DNA from: a virus
DNA: 64,000 nt
Virus record (IMG/VR): IMGVR_UViG_3300030380_006811
Coordinates: 32,001-96,000 of that record
Reading direction: 5' to 3' (one strand)
The notes beneath the pieces are model-generated. The model had not been told where the DNA came from. It saw only the letters and a list, made by a program, of their open reading frames with translations, and did not search any database. Below, one piece after another: positions 40,445 to 49,801 of the stretch. Position 1 is the first letter of the stretch; each line of letters begins with the position of its first letter. The translations under genes and the position numbers were made by a program.

Positions 40445-40999
40445 ATGACAAAAGAACAACACTTACAACACTTAGAAAAAATGTCTCGAGCAGTTACTGG
40501 GGAAGTAGATTATGATAACCATTGGCAAGTATTAAAATCAATGTGTGATATTGCAAAACCAAAAAATATCCTAGAGTTAGGATTTAATAGAGGATCTAGC
40601 TGCTTAATGTTTTTATACGCTAGTGAAGCCCAAATACATAGTATAGATATACTACCAGAAATAGCAGTTCAAAGTTCATTAGAAGAAATAAATAAACATT
40701 TTGGTGATAGATTTAAATATACTACACTTGATCATAAGGATATAGGAGGACAAATAGATAATTTTAAAGATAAATATGACTTTGTTTTTATAGATGGAAA
40801 TCATACCTATGAAGGGATGCTTAGAGATGCTAAAAACGCTATTAGTATGAATGCTAAATACTTAGGTTTTGATGATTATTACCACCCAGCTCATAGTAAG
40901 GATTGTCATAAAATAGTGGAAGAATTAGGATTAGAAATGGTAATAGAATACAAAAATTATACGGGTCAAGCATTAACTATAAATCCAAACCATCAATGA
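40445..40999 (+). CDS. SAM-dependent methyltransferase (Methyltransf_24-like)
   Basis: LELGFNRGSS, DFVFIDGNH. Confidence 0.82.
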   Translation: MTKEQHLQHLEKMSRAVTGEVDYDNHWQVLKSMCDIAKPKNILELGFNRGSSCLMFLYASEAQIHSIDILPEIAVQSSLEEINKHFGDRFKYTTLDHKDIGGQIDNFKDKYDFVFIDGNHTYEGMLRDAKNAISMNAKYLGFDDYYHPAHSKDCHKIVEELGLEMVIEYKNYTGQALTINPNHQ

Positions 41000-41790
41000 T
41001 ATCAGTAATAATACCAACGTATAGAAACCCAGAATATTTAGATATTTGTTTAAAATCAGCTATTCAATATCAAAGATATAGTAATGAAATTATTGTAGCA
41101 GTAGATGGTTATATAGAAGAGAGTCAGTCTGTATTAGATAAGTATAAAGATAATATCAAAATATTAGATTTAGGTGAAAATCAAGGAATGCAACAAGCTC
41201 TTAATTTAGCTGTGATGAATGCTAGTAATGAAATCATTTTTGTTGTTAATGATGATAATGTATTTTGTGTTGATTATGATTTAGCCATTGAGAAAAACAT
41301 AAAAGAAAAATCAGTACTTACCTTAAATCAAATTGAACCAGAAGGTCCTGGCATTTTTAAATTTCCAGTTAAAGATTTTGGACGTACCCCAGAAGCATTT
41401 GATTATGATGCGTTTATAGAGTATGAACAATCAATTAGAAAAGATGAGCTAACTATTGATGGTGGTATTTTTCCATTTGCTATGTACAAGAAATATTATA
41501 TGGCTGCTGGTGGATTTGATGTAATGTATAGATCTCCTTTTATTTGTGATTGGGATTTTTTCTTAAAGTTAGATTTAATGGGTCTTAGTTTTAATAGAAC
41601 ACATGAAGCACACTTATATCATTTTGGGAGCACAGCAACTAAAAATGGTAAAGAAGGAATAAGATTTAAAGAATCAGAACGACCAGCAGCTGAATTATTT
41701 AATTATAAATGGGGTCACCCACCATCATTATTTAAAAATAATTCACATAGTCCAAAAGGAAAAACCATAAAAGGTATAAAGTATTGTTAA
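40996..41790 (+). CDS. Glycosyltransferase GT2
   Basis: ISVIIPTY, VDG, VNDD, GGFD, DWDF. Confidence 0.88.
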   Translation: MISVIIPTYRNPEYLDICLKSAIQYQRYSNEIIVAVDGYIEESQSVLDKYKDNIKILDLGENQGMQQALNLAVMNASNEIIFVVNDDNVFCVDYDLAIEKNIKEKSVLTLNQIEPEGPGIFKFPVKDFGRTPEAFDYDAFIEYEQSIRKDELTIDGGIFPFAMYKKYYMAAGGFDVMYRSPFICDWDFFLKLDLMGLSFNRTHEAHLYHFGSTATKNGKEGIRFKESERPAAELFNYKWGHPPSLFKNNSHSPKGKTIKGIKYC

Positions 41791-41796
41791 AATATA

Positions 41797-41826
41797 TTTG
41801 GTTTCCCAATAAATAGTTCGTATATT
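41797..41826 (+). promoter_or_regulatory. Early-type promoter
   Basis: TTTGG-N17-CGTATATT. Confidence 0.8.
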
Positions 41827-41855
41827 TACCCAAATTTTTAAAAGGTTATATATTT

Positions 41856-42206
41856 ATGCAACAGACTATTGAAATCCCCCAAAAAATGAAAATGATTCCT
41901 TGCTCACAATGTGATGCACCAATGCCAGAGCTAAGATTAACTAAATATGGTTATGATTTTTGCGTTGAATGTTCGACGGTAGGAGCTAAACGAGGTGTTC
42001 CTATTATGAGAGGATCTGGCGATCATACATGGACAGAAACAGTTATAATGGAAGAAGAACAATATGAAGAATATGTAGTGGCATCCGCTATTGAACGTGG
42101 TGATAAAAATGCTGCAAAAGCAGAAATGTTAAATATGGATAAAGAAGAACGTAATCTGCAAGGGCCATTCCAAATTATTAATAATACAGATAAAGATAGA
42201 AGCTAA
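41856..42206 (+). CDS. Zn-finger protein (DksA/TraR C4-like)
   Basis: CSQC...P..RL......CVEC. Confidence 0.6.
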   Translation: MQQTIEIPQKMKMIPCSQCDAPMPELRLTKYGYDFCVECSTVGAKRGVPIMRGSGDHTWTETVIMEEEQYEEYVVASAIERGDKNAAKAEMLNMDKEERNLQGPFQIINNTDKDRS

Positions 42207-42820
42207 TGCCTAAGGCAAAACCCCTATCCAAAGAACAAATTTTAGCAGCACAAGCCAAAACAAAATCTAATATGGCGGCAGCTAGGTATCTTCATGTTTC
42301 ATACCAACATTATAAGAAGTGGGCTAAATTATATAAATTATTTGCTGGACATAAAAACCAATCAGGTAAAGGTATTCCTAAATTTTTAAAAGGACCGAAA
42401 AAAATGCCTCATATGATTGAAATAATTGAGGGTAGAATAGCCGCATCATCTTTTGATCCTAATAAACTTAAGTATGCTTTAATAGAACAGGGATATTTAT
42501 CAGAAGAATGTGCTATATGTTCCTTTAAAGAGAGGCGGGTATTAGATTATAAAATGCCTCTATTACTCCATTTTAAAGATAATAATAGTAACAATTATAG
42601 TTTAGATAATGTTCAGTTACTATGTTATAATCACTATTTTTTGACTGTAGGTGATATTTTTAATTCCAAAGATATTAAACAAATAGAATCAAAACAAGAG
42701 CATTTTGGAACCTCAGAAAAAGTAGAATGGGAAGTTGATGATTATCATTTACAACGTTTAAAAGAATTAGGTTTGGATGATGATGAGGATGATGTTAACC
42801 AATATATTTCAAGAATATGA
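42206..42820 (+). CDS. HTH + HNH-like protein
   Basis: AAARYL.VSY HTH; CAIC; H.KD....N..L.N...LCYNH. Confidence 0.7.
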   Translation: MPKAKPLSKEQILAAQAKTKSNMAAARYLHVSYQHYKKWAKLYKLFAGHKNQSGKGIPKFLKGPKKMPHMIEIIEGRIAASSFDPNKLKYALIEQGYLSEECAICSFKERRVLDYKMPLLLHFKDNNSNNYSLDNVQLLCYNHYFLTVGDIFNSKDIKQIESKQEHFGTSEKVEWEVDDYHLQRLKELGLDDDEDDVNQYISRI

Positions 42821-42996
42821 AAAAAGCCAGAAGAGCAAGATCGCTAAATAAAAAGCATCATAAAATAACTCAAGATTATGATAAACAAAAAAGTAAGCAT
42901 TTAGAAAAATTAACTGATAAAATGCTTAAAAATGATGAAAAAGCCCAACAGTTAAAATCTAAAACAATAAAGGGTGATTTTTTAAAAAACTTTTAA
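42817..42996 (+). CDS. Small basic protein (59 aa, not in track)
   Basis: ATGA coupling; MKKARRARSL...KNF. Confidence 0.55.
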   Translation: MKKARRARSLNKKHHKITQDYDKQKSKHLEKLTDKMLKNDEKAQQLKSKTIKGDFLKNF

Positions 42997-42998
42997 TT

Positions 42999-43517
42999 AT
43001 GAGAACTTTTATATTATTATTTGTATTATTAATCCCTTCTCCTAAACCAATACCCGTTATAGAGGAAAAAATTATAGTTGAGGAAAAAGTGGAGGAAATT
43101 AGGGGAATGAATGAATTTTTGTACGCTATGGGGCATCAAGAATCAGGTAATAGATACTTTGTTGTTAATAGATTTGGATACATGGGTAAATATCAATTTG
43201 GTAAATCAACATTAAGAACATTAAAAATTAAAGTAACTAAAGAGGCATTCTTAAATAGTCCTGATTTGCAGGAATATGCTATGCAACAAAATTTATTATA
43301 TAATAAAAAGAAATTACAAAAATATATAGATAGATTTGATGGGTGCCTTATTGATGGTATATTAGTAACGGAATCAGGTATATTAGCAGCAGCTCATTTA
43401 GGTGGACCTGGTAGTGTTAAAAAATGGTTCAGATCAGGAAAAATAGCTAAAGATGGCAATGGAGTAAAAATAACTAATTATATGAGGCGATTTTCTGGTT
43501 ATGATTTATATTTATAA
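42999..43517 (+). CDS. Lysozyme-fold/transglycosylase-like protein with N-terminal anchor
   Basis: QESGN.Y, GKYQFG, AAHLGG. Confidence 0.72.
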   Translation: MRTFILLFVLLIPSPKPIPVIEEKIIVEEKVEEIRGMNEFLYAMGHQESGNRYFVVNRFGYMGKYQFGKSTLRTLKIKVTKEAFLNSPDLQEYAMQQNLLYNKKKLQKYIDRFDGCLIDGILVTESGILAAAHLGGPGSVKKWFRSGKIAKDGNGVKITNYMRRFSGYDLYL

Positions 43518-43528
43518 TCAAAAAGATT

Positions 43529-43663
43529 ATGGCAAGAATAGTTTTAAATGATTACACTCCCTCAAAAAGAAAAAAAAGACCTGGTGTACATGCAAAAAGT
43601 AAATCTAGTAAATTAAAAAATAGTAAAAATTATGTCAAAGCTTATAGAGGCCAAGGGAAATAG
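43529..43663 (+). CDS. Small basic peptide ending KAYRGQGK (44 aa, not in track)
   Basis: MARIVLNDYTPSKRKKRPGVHAKSK...YRGQGK. Confidence 0.6.
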   Translation: MARIVLNDYTPSKRKKRPGVHAKSKSSKLKNSKNYVKAYRGQGK

Positions 43664-43664
43664 A

Positions 43665-43817
43665 ATGGAATTAAGTACAATAGCATTATTTAATCATATG
43701 ACAGATGAAGATTTTTTAGCAATACATAATGCTGGTCAATTAGAAAATCTATGCCAAGCCCTTAGTTTGGATTTACAACCTAAAGACTATGAAAAAAATT
43801 ACACTTACACAGCATGA
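43665..43817 (+). CDS. Small hypothetical protein
   Basis: ATG 43665 just after the upstream stop. Confidence 0.5.
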   Translation: MELSTIALFNHMTDEDFLAIHNAGQLENLCQALSLDLQPKDYEKNYTYTA

Positions 43818-43905
43818 ATGGTATGATGCCATGAAACTTCCTACACCTCATAGGAATAAGAAAAAATACTATAGAAAAGAAAAACATAAGAAACGTGGGA
43901 GCCAA

Positions 43906-43935
43906 TTTGGTTCCCACAATTATTTTTCGTATATT
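43906..43935 (+). promoter_or_regulatory. Early-type promoter overlapping a hairpin
   Basis: TTTGG-N17-CGTATATT; hairpin 43895-43917. Confidence 0.8.
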
Positions 43936-43955
43936 TACAGAGTAAAATTAAGGTT

Positions 43956-44393
43956 ATGGCTCTTTGGGAATTCAAAAATTTAAATAAGCACGGAAATTAT
44001 AGAACTAGGGTAGTACACACTAATGGTGCTTTAAGTATACCTGGAAGTGGTTTTGGTCCTTCTGTATTTGCTAGAAGATTTAAATATAAATACGAACACC
44101 CAGTTATGCCTCCTACAATATTTAAAAATAATGGTAAAACATATTTAATGCCATTATGGAAAGAAGTTATTGAAGGTACTACTGTTGAAGATATAGAATG
44201 GATTAAACCCAAACCTAAAAGATTAGATCCAATAATTGAAATGAATGTTAGCGGTAGCAACCCAGATATTAAATATAAAACATCATATTATCCTGGCTCA
44301 AATAATTACTATTGTAATTGTCCTGGTAAGTGGATGGCTAAGGATGGTAAATGTAAGCATATAAAAGCATTAGAAGCAAAAATAAATAAATAA
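43956..44393 (+). CDS. SWIM zinc-finger protein
   Basis: CNCP........CKH. Confidence 0.75.
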   Translation: MALWEFKNLNKHGNYRTRVVHTNGALSIPGSGFGPSVFARRFKYKYEHPVMPPTIFKNNGKTYLMPLWKEVIEGTTVEDIEWIKPKPKRLDPIIEMNVSGSNPDIKYKTSYYPGSNNYYCNCPGKWMAKDGKCKHIKALEAKINK

Positions 44394-44398
44394 AGGTT

Positions 44399-45664
44399 AT
44401 GAAAGAACTACACACATTTATAGAAGAAATGAGAGCTACAAGTAGTAGCACTGATAAAGTACAAATAATTAAGGAAGCAAGTCCATTTGTACATAAAGCA
44501 TTAGAGTATACTTATAATCCGTTTAAGCAATTCTATGTTACAAGTAAAACCTGTAAGAAAAACCCACATTTATTTGGGGGTGATGCCATTGATTGTTTTG
44601 AGATATTAGATAAATTAATGAATAGGGAAGTTACTGGGCATGATGCTATTAAATTAGTTAACACTTATGCTAACCTAAAAGGTTATAAAGATTTAATTTA
44701 TAAAATTATAGATAAAAATTTAGATATTAGAGCTGGGGATAAAGTTATTAATAAAGCAATTCCCAATTTAATACCAACATTTTCAGTTGCATTAGCTAAA
44801 GAATATGATGGTAAATGTGATTGGCAAAATGATACTTGGTGGGCATCAAGAAAATTAGATGGTGTTAGATGTTTGGCAGTAGTTAATTATGAAGGTGAAT
44901 GTACACTTTATTCTAGAATGGGTAAAGAATTAACTACACTAAATAAGGTTAAAGAAGCGATTGAAGCAACAGGTATTATTAATACTGTATTTGATGGTGA
45001 AATTTGTTTAATTGATGAAAATGGAAATGAAGATTTTCAAGGTGTAATGAAACAATTAAGACGTAAAGATCACCAAATTGAAAATCCTGCTTATATGATA
45101 TTTGATATGATTCATAAACCTAATTTTGATAACCAAAAAGGAGGTCCTATATTAAGTGAAAGATTAGCAGCATTAAGAGGATTTTTAACAGGTAGATATA
45201 TTACAACTAATATTTTACGTTATACAGATCAATTCCAAATAACAGATGGTAGACACTTTGATAAATGGGGTCAAATAGCAACTGATAATAATTGGGAAGG
45301 ATTTATGATACGTAAAGATGTTAGTTATGAAGGTAAACGTACTAAAAATTTGCTTAAAGTAAAGAAATTTTATGATGCTGAATATGAAGTAATTGATTTT
45401 GATATTGATGATCACGAAGTAGTTAGAGATGGTAAATCTGAAACACTTAAAATGTTATCTCAAGTATGGATTGAACATAAGGGGCATAAAGTAAAAGTTG
45501 GTAGTGGTTGGACCCAAGATCAACGTTTACAGTATATGGATGGTTCAATTGTAGGTAAAGTAATTACTGTTCAATATTTTGAAGAAACTAAAAATGATAA
45601 AGGTGGAATTAGTTTAAGATTCCCAACTGTAAAAATAGTACATGGAGATAAGAGAGAAGTGTAG
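44399..45664 (+). CDS. ATP-dependent DNA ligase
   Basis: KLDGVR, FDGEI, EGFMIR, LLKVK, VGSG, SLRFP. Confidence 0.93.
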   Translation: MKELHTFIEEMRATSSSTDKVQIIKEASPFVHKALEYTYNPFKQFYVTSKTCKKNPHLFGGDAIDCFEILDKLMNREVTGHDAIKLVNTYANLKGYKDLIYKIIDKNLDIRAGDKVINKAIPNLIPTFSVALAKEYDGKCDWQNDTWWASRKLDGVRCLAVVNYEGECTLYSRMGKELTTLNKVKEAIEATGIINTVFDGEICLIDENGNEDFQGVMKQLRRKDHQIENPAYMIFDMIHKPNFDNQKGGPILSERLAALRGFLTGRYITTNILRYTDQFQITDGRHFDKWGQIATDNNWEGFMIRKDVSYEGKRTKNLLKVKKFYDAEYEVIDFDIDDHEVVRDGKSETLKMLSQVWIEHKGHKVKVGSGWTQDQRLQYMDGSIVGKVITVQYFEETKNDKGGISLRFPTVKIVHGDKREV

Positions 45665-46025
45665 AGTAACTTGGTGTAATAATCCTAGAAAAATACGTTC
45701 TACAGTTTGTGAGTTACATTCACAGTATAAACACATTTGTGGTGCTGCTATTAGATTAGATAGACCTCATTTAATGTATAAAGTAGAAAAATGGCTAAAA
45801 GGAGAACATCAATGTGAAAGTTGTGGTTTTGATCCTGTAGAAGCTTATCCTACATTACATACTAAAGCACAATCATCAATGTTAGATGTTGATCATATTG
45901 ATTCAAATATTAAACGCACATTAGAAGGTGAACAACCAAGTAATTATCAATTAAATTGTAAACACTGTCATATAGTTAAATCCCATTTAGAAGGAGATTA
46001 TGTGGCTAAAAAATATAGAAAATAA
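45642..46025 (+). CDS. HNH-like Zn-binding protein
   Basis: CESC, DVDHID, N.QL.CKHCH. Confidence 0.7.
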   Translation: MEIREKCRVTWCNNPRKIRSTVCELHSQYKHICGAAIRLDRPHLMYKVEKWLKGEHQCESCGFDPVEAYPTLHTKAQSSMLDVDHIDSNIKRTLEGEQPSNYQLNCKHCHIVKSHLEGDYVAKKYRK

Positions 46026-46408
46026 TGGCAGAAAATAGAGGTAGACCAAGTGAAAATGTAGTTAAACTTACAAAATGGAATCTAGATACAGATGATTCTA
46101 TATGGAAATATGATATGGATAAATCAACTAATGGTCCTTACTTAGTAGAACAAAAATTCCAAGCTGGTAATAAACAAGGAAAATTTAAAGTTGATCAAAA
46201 ACCTTATGGGAAACATCCGGTTGTAATGGTATTTAAAACATCAAACCGTTCAAATGCTAAAACTAAAATTAAAGTATTTAATAAAAATATTGATTATATC
46301 ATTAGCGCTAAAAAGCTACCTGGTGTACCTGAAAAGGCGGAAATAATTGATTTAGCTGTTGGTAAATCATTTATCAGTAAATATAAACAAAAATATAATT
46401 TAACTTAA
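46025..46408 (+). CDS. Hypothetical protein
   Basis: ORF track. Confidence 0.65.
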   Translation: MAENRGRPSENVVKLTKWNLDTDDSIWKYDMDKSTNGPYLVEQKFQAGNKQGKFKVDQKPYGKHPVVMVFKTSNRSNAKTKIKVFNKNIDYIISAKKLPGVPEKAEIIDLAVGKSFISKYKQKYNLT

Positions 46409-46450
46409 CTTTTATATATTTATAACAAAATATTAATTAATAAATTTATT

Positions 46451-46729
46451 ATGTTAAAAATTATAGGTCTTATAGTAGTAGTTTTAGTAATAGGAGCAGC
46501 CGTTTATTATTTCGGTTTCTATAAAAGAGGCAAAATTAATGATAGAGATGGAGATTTAATACCTGATGAGGTTGAAGATGCAGTTGAAGAAGCTAAAAAG
46601 AGAGTACAATCAGTAAAAGTAGAAGCTAAACAGGTTGGAAAAGCAGTAAAAGCAGCATCTAAAGAAATCAAAGATGTAGTTAAAGCAGCTAAAGGAAAAA
46701 AAAGAAGAGGTAGAAAACCTAAAAAATAA
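46451..46729 (+). CDS. Membrane-anchored basic protein with RGRKP tail
   Basis: TM, DRDGD.IPD, basic C-terminus; ATATTTAT upstream. Confidence 0.65.
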   Translation: MLKIIGLIVVVLVIGAAVYYFGFYKRGKINDRDGDLIPDEVEDAVEEAKKRVQSVKVEAKQVGKAVKAASKEIKDVVKAAKGKKRRGRKPKK

Positions 46730-46732
46730 AAT

Positions 46733-47815
46733 ATGAGTAAATATAACTTATCAGAATTACTTACTGAAGTAGCAGGAGGTAGAATTGGAACATTAGAAAT
46801 TTCGGCTAGAGATTTAGTTCGTAAAATGGAAGATCTTGAAGATAAAGGTGTTCGAGTAGAACGTTTTGATGGTCTTTCTCCTGATGGTAAAACATATATT
46901 GAATTCCATGTTCACCCAATAAGAAAATATGATGAAGATTATTCATTTTCAGTTTACGACTTTAAATTTGGATTTGATCCTATGAGCCCAGAACATTCTG
47001 ATCAAGAATACCCATTTAGTGTAGGTGGTAGATCATCAGCACGTGATAGTGCAGAAACAACACTTAGAGGAGGAGATATGGGGTTTGAGCTTAAAGAAGC
47101 TAAAGAAGAACCTAGAGATGGAGTTAAAAGTGCTGCAGCTAAACTAGGAATGAAACCAAGTCATGTAAAAGAAAACATGTCTAAAAAAGATACATTAAAG
47201 AAAGAAATGATGATTCATGTTGACCAATTAATAGATGGTAACATAGACATGAACGACTTTATGAATGTAGTAGAAGATATAATGGATGAATTAAATCCAG
47301 GGGATGATTTCGAACAAGAAGAATTTACAGCTATCCCTGAAGAAGATTCAATGAAAGAAGATTTAGATGATTTGAATGATGACGAATATGATGATGGTCC
47401 TGATGGTAAATTTGTTAACGAACTAGATAATACTTTAAATGTTGATAAAGTTGCCTCACCAGATGCTAAAGCACATGATTACGGAGCTGAAATTAAAGGT
47501 ATATCTGATGAAGATGATACTGAAGAAAAGTATGCTCATGGGATGGTATTACCATTAGAAGAAGATTCAATTGATGAAGCAGATAATATGGAAGTTGTTG
47601 CGTTATTAAATAATATAAGAAAGCATTTAAATGATAAATTTGATCGCAAATATAGTAAATCAGAAATCGATTTATACATGGATTCTTTAAAAAGAGATAT
47701 TGAACGTGGTGAATTTGATGGTGTTGAATCTATTTCAATGGAAGACCATGAAGAGGATTTTGAAAATTACATTGCTGATAAATCATTACAAGAACATTTT
47801 AAAAGATTTTTATAA
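46733..47815 (+). CDS. Highly acidic protein, possible capsid-internal protein
   Basis: Asp/Glu-rich, many (L/I/V/M)xE sites, C-terminal LQEHFKRFL. Confidence 0.55.
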   Translation: MSKYNLSELLTEVAGGRIGTLEISARDLVRKMEDLEDKGVRVERFDGLSPDGKTYIEFHVHPIRKYDEDYSFSVYDFKFGFDPMSPEHSDQEYPFSVGGRSSARDSAETTLRGGDMGFELKEAKEEPRDGVKSAAAKLGMKPSHVKENMSKKDTLKKEMMIHVDQLIDGNIDMNDFMNVVEDIMDELNPGDDFEQEEFTAIPEEDSMKEDLDDLNDDEYDDGPDGKFVNELDNTLNVDKVASPDAKAHDYGAEIKGISDEDDTEEKYAHGMVLPLEEDSIDEADNMEVVALLNNIRKHLNDKFDRKYSKSEIDLYMDSLKRDIERGEFDGVESISMEDHEEDFENYIADKSLQEHFKRFL

Positions 47816-47828
47816 TAAAATCTATTTT

Positions 47829-48055
47829 GCCCGCTTTTCCGGGCCTGTAAAGTGGGCGTTATGCGGAGATTATTGCACGCCCTTGAAAAATGCTAGATTA
47901 AAACTCTTCACCCATATTTATGGTTGATTTGTTTTTTTCAAACATTTTTCAAAAGGTTACTTGCTGTCAGTTAGGCTGAGTCCGTGTTTAATTGGCATGG
48001 GACCTTGAGTAACCCCAGTGTTGACAGCGCTTAGGACGCCTACAAATACAGGCCC
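47829..48055 (+). ncRNA. Candidate structured, pseudoknotted ncRNA
   Basis: Intergenic GC-richer island with at least six complementary segment pairs, two interleaved; followed by a terminator. Confidence 0.7.
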
Positions 48056-48062
48056 TCAAATA

Positions 48063-48091
48063 CAGAAAGGAACCTCACGGTTCCTTTTCTG
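48063..48091 (+). terminator. Rho-independent terminator (possibly bidirectional)
   Basis: CAGAAAGGAACC-tcac-GGTTCCTTTTCTG. Confidence 0.75.
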
Positions 48092-48151
48092 ATTCTAAAA
48101 TTTGTATTTTTATTAGTTGTATATATTTATTATTGTATTTACCCAAATCTT

Positions 48152-48496
48152 ATGAAAATAGATATAATTGGTTTTAGATTACCAACGGCTACCCCTGATC
48201 CTACAAGACATCCTTCTTGTGGTTGGGTTGCTATCTGTAATGATAAAGAAATTGGTTGGTGTAATATGACCTTCTTACCTAATAATGTATTAAAACTTGA
48301 AGATGCATTTATACATCCAGACTATAGAGGTAAAGGAATATATAAACAATTATGGAATAAACGTTATGATTATATTCAGGAGCACTTTAGTAATTACAAA
48401 TTAATAGCTTACTGTAAACCAACTACACTAGAATTTTATAAAAAACAGGGGTTTATTGTAAAAGAAACTATAACTCTTGTTGAGAAGCCCGCGTAA
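48152..48496 (+). CDS. GNAT acetyltransferase
   Basis: IHPDYRGKGI, FYKKQGF. Confidence 0.85.
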   Translation: MKIDIIGFRLPTATPDPTRHPSCGWVAICNDKEIGWCNMTFLPNNVLKLEDAFIHPDYRGKGIYKQLWNKRYDYIQEHFSNYKLIAYCKPTTLEFYKKQGFIVKETITLVEKPA

Positions 48497-48499
48497 AAA

Positions 48500-48529
48500 T
48501 GTGGTTACCTGAATAAGGATTCGTATATT
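48500..48529 (+). promoter_or_regulatory. Early-type promoter
   Basis: TGTGG-N17-CGTATATT. Confidence 0.75.
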
Positions 48530-48569
48530 TACCATGTTGATAATTAAGTCAACGCATTAAATAAAGGTT

Positions 48570-49373
48570 ATGTCAAATATAGTAAAAATAAAAAGAGGTC
48601 GTCCAAGTAAAAAAGTTGGTAAAATTGTAAAAAGATTTAAGCCAACTACTATGAAAATGGATGATTTTAAATTCGATCCCCAATTATTCATTCCTATGAA
48701 AACAGGTACTAAAATTGATAATTTACTTTCAAGTGAAGGTGGAATGATGAAAGGTACTAATGTTGCATTTGTAGGAGATCCTGGTGTTGGTAAAACTACG
48801 GTTTTATTAGATATGCTTGCTAATATGCAGAATAATGGTAATAAAGTATTATTTATATCAGGTGAGATGACTCAGATTGATATGGTAGGAATGGTTAAAA
48901 GATTTCCTAAATTTGGTCAATTACCTATTTTATTTATGGGTGATTTTATTGAAAATGATCCACTTGTTATTTTGAAATCTATTCTTCATGAAGGATGGGA
49001 TTCAGTTCTTGTAGATTCATTTGCTGAGCTTGCAGTTGCTGTTCAAGATTTTCATGGTGGTACTATGAAAAACGCTGAAACTCAATTACTAAATTTATTT
49101 GAAAAACATAATAAAGCTGAAAATCAAAGTGGTAAAAATACTAACTTTATGATCATTCAGCAGGTTACTAAAGGTGGTGAGTTTGCTGGTAGTAACCGAT
49201 TTAAACACATGATTACCGCAATGGCTCATATTAAATTTCAACCTGAAGGTGGTAGAGCTATTTGGTTTAGTAAAAACCGAAGAGGTGGTGAAATGAATAA
49301 ATTATTCTTTAGTTTAGATGCTAGAAATCACGTAGGATGGTTATTCACCCAGCCATTAAATTTAATGGGATAA
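48570..49373 (+). CDS. RadA/Sms-like RecA-family ATPase
   Basis: GDPGVGKT, ISGE, VDS, TKGG.FAG....KH, KNR. Confidence 0.85.
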   Translation: MSNIVKIKRGRPSKKVGKIVKRFKPTTMKMDDFKFDPQLFIPMKTGTKIDNLLSSEGGMMKGTNVAFVGDPGVGKTTVLLDMLANMQNNGNKVLFISGEMTQIDMVGMVKRFPKFGQLPILFMGDFIENDPLVILKSILHEGWDSVLVDSFAELAVAVQDFHGGTMKNAETQLLNLFEKHNKAENQSGKNTNFMIIQQVTKGGEFAGSNRFKHMITAMAHIKFQPEGGRAIWFSKNRRGGEMNKLFFSLDARNHVGWLFTQPLNLMG

Positions 49374-49374
49374 A

Positions 49375-49404
49375 TTTGGATATTTAAAAAAAAATTCGTA
49401 TATT
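49375..49404 (+). promoter_or_regulatory. Early-type promoter
   Basis: TTTGG-N17-CGTATATT. Confidence 0.8.
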
Positions 49405-49424
49405 CACAGTATAAAATTAAGGTT

Positions 49425-49571
49425 ATGAACGAACAATTTATTAAAGCAATTACAATTGCAGTAGACAAAAAAATGATTACTATGTCTCAAGGGTTTGAAA
49501 TTATTAGAGAACAAAGTGAGGAGCGTAGTAAAGTTGTTAACGAAACTATAGGTTTCAATCAAAAAAGATAG
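49425..49571 (+). CDS. Small hypothetical protein (48 aa, not in track)
   Basis: AAGGTT-ATG after a promoter. Confidence 0.55.
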   Translation: MNEQFIKAITIAVDKKMITMSQGFEIIREQSEERSKVVNETIGFNQKR

Positions 49572-49573
49572 TT

Positions 49574-49801
49574 ATGATAGTAGAAACTATAGAAGATGGA
49601 TGGGATTGCGAACCAAAACTAAATCTCGCAGTTGAAGCAATTGAAAAGTGTGATCACTTTAAATATGAAATTAAAAATTGTGTACGTGAATCTGAATTAG
49701 ATTATATGGTATATGAAATGATTGATTTTCTTAAAGAAGCAATTGACGAATTAAAGTCAATTGACACTAATCAAGAATTTAAAACAGTAGAAGATGAATA
49801 A
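49574..49801 (+). CDS. Hypothetical protein
   Basis: ORF track. Confidence 0.6.
   Translation: MIVETIEDGWDCEPKLNLAVEAIEKCDHFKYEIKNCVRESELDYMVYEMIDFLKEAIDELKSIDTNQEFKTVEDE

Noticed and set aside
47700-47927. 75-aa ORF in the track
   Set aside because: Overlaps the upstream gene out of frame and runs through the structured RNA; TTG start, no coding features
47955-48028. HDV-like/theta or hammerhead ribozyme assignment
   Set aside because: Segment between P2 and P1' is too long for the HDV P3/L3; no CUGANGA/GAAA core
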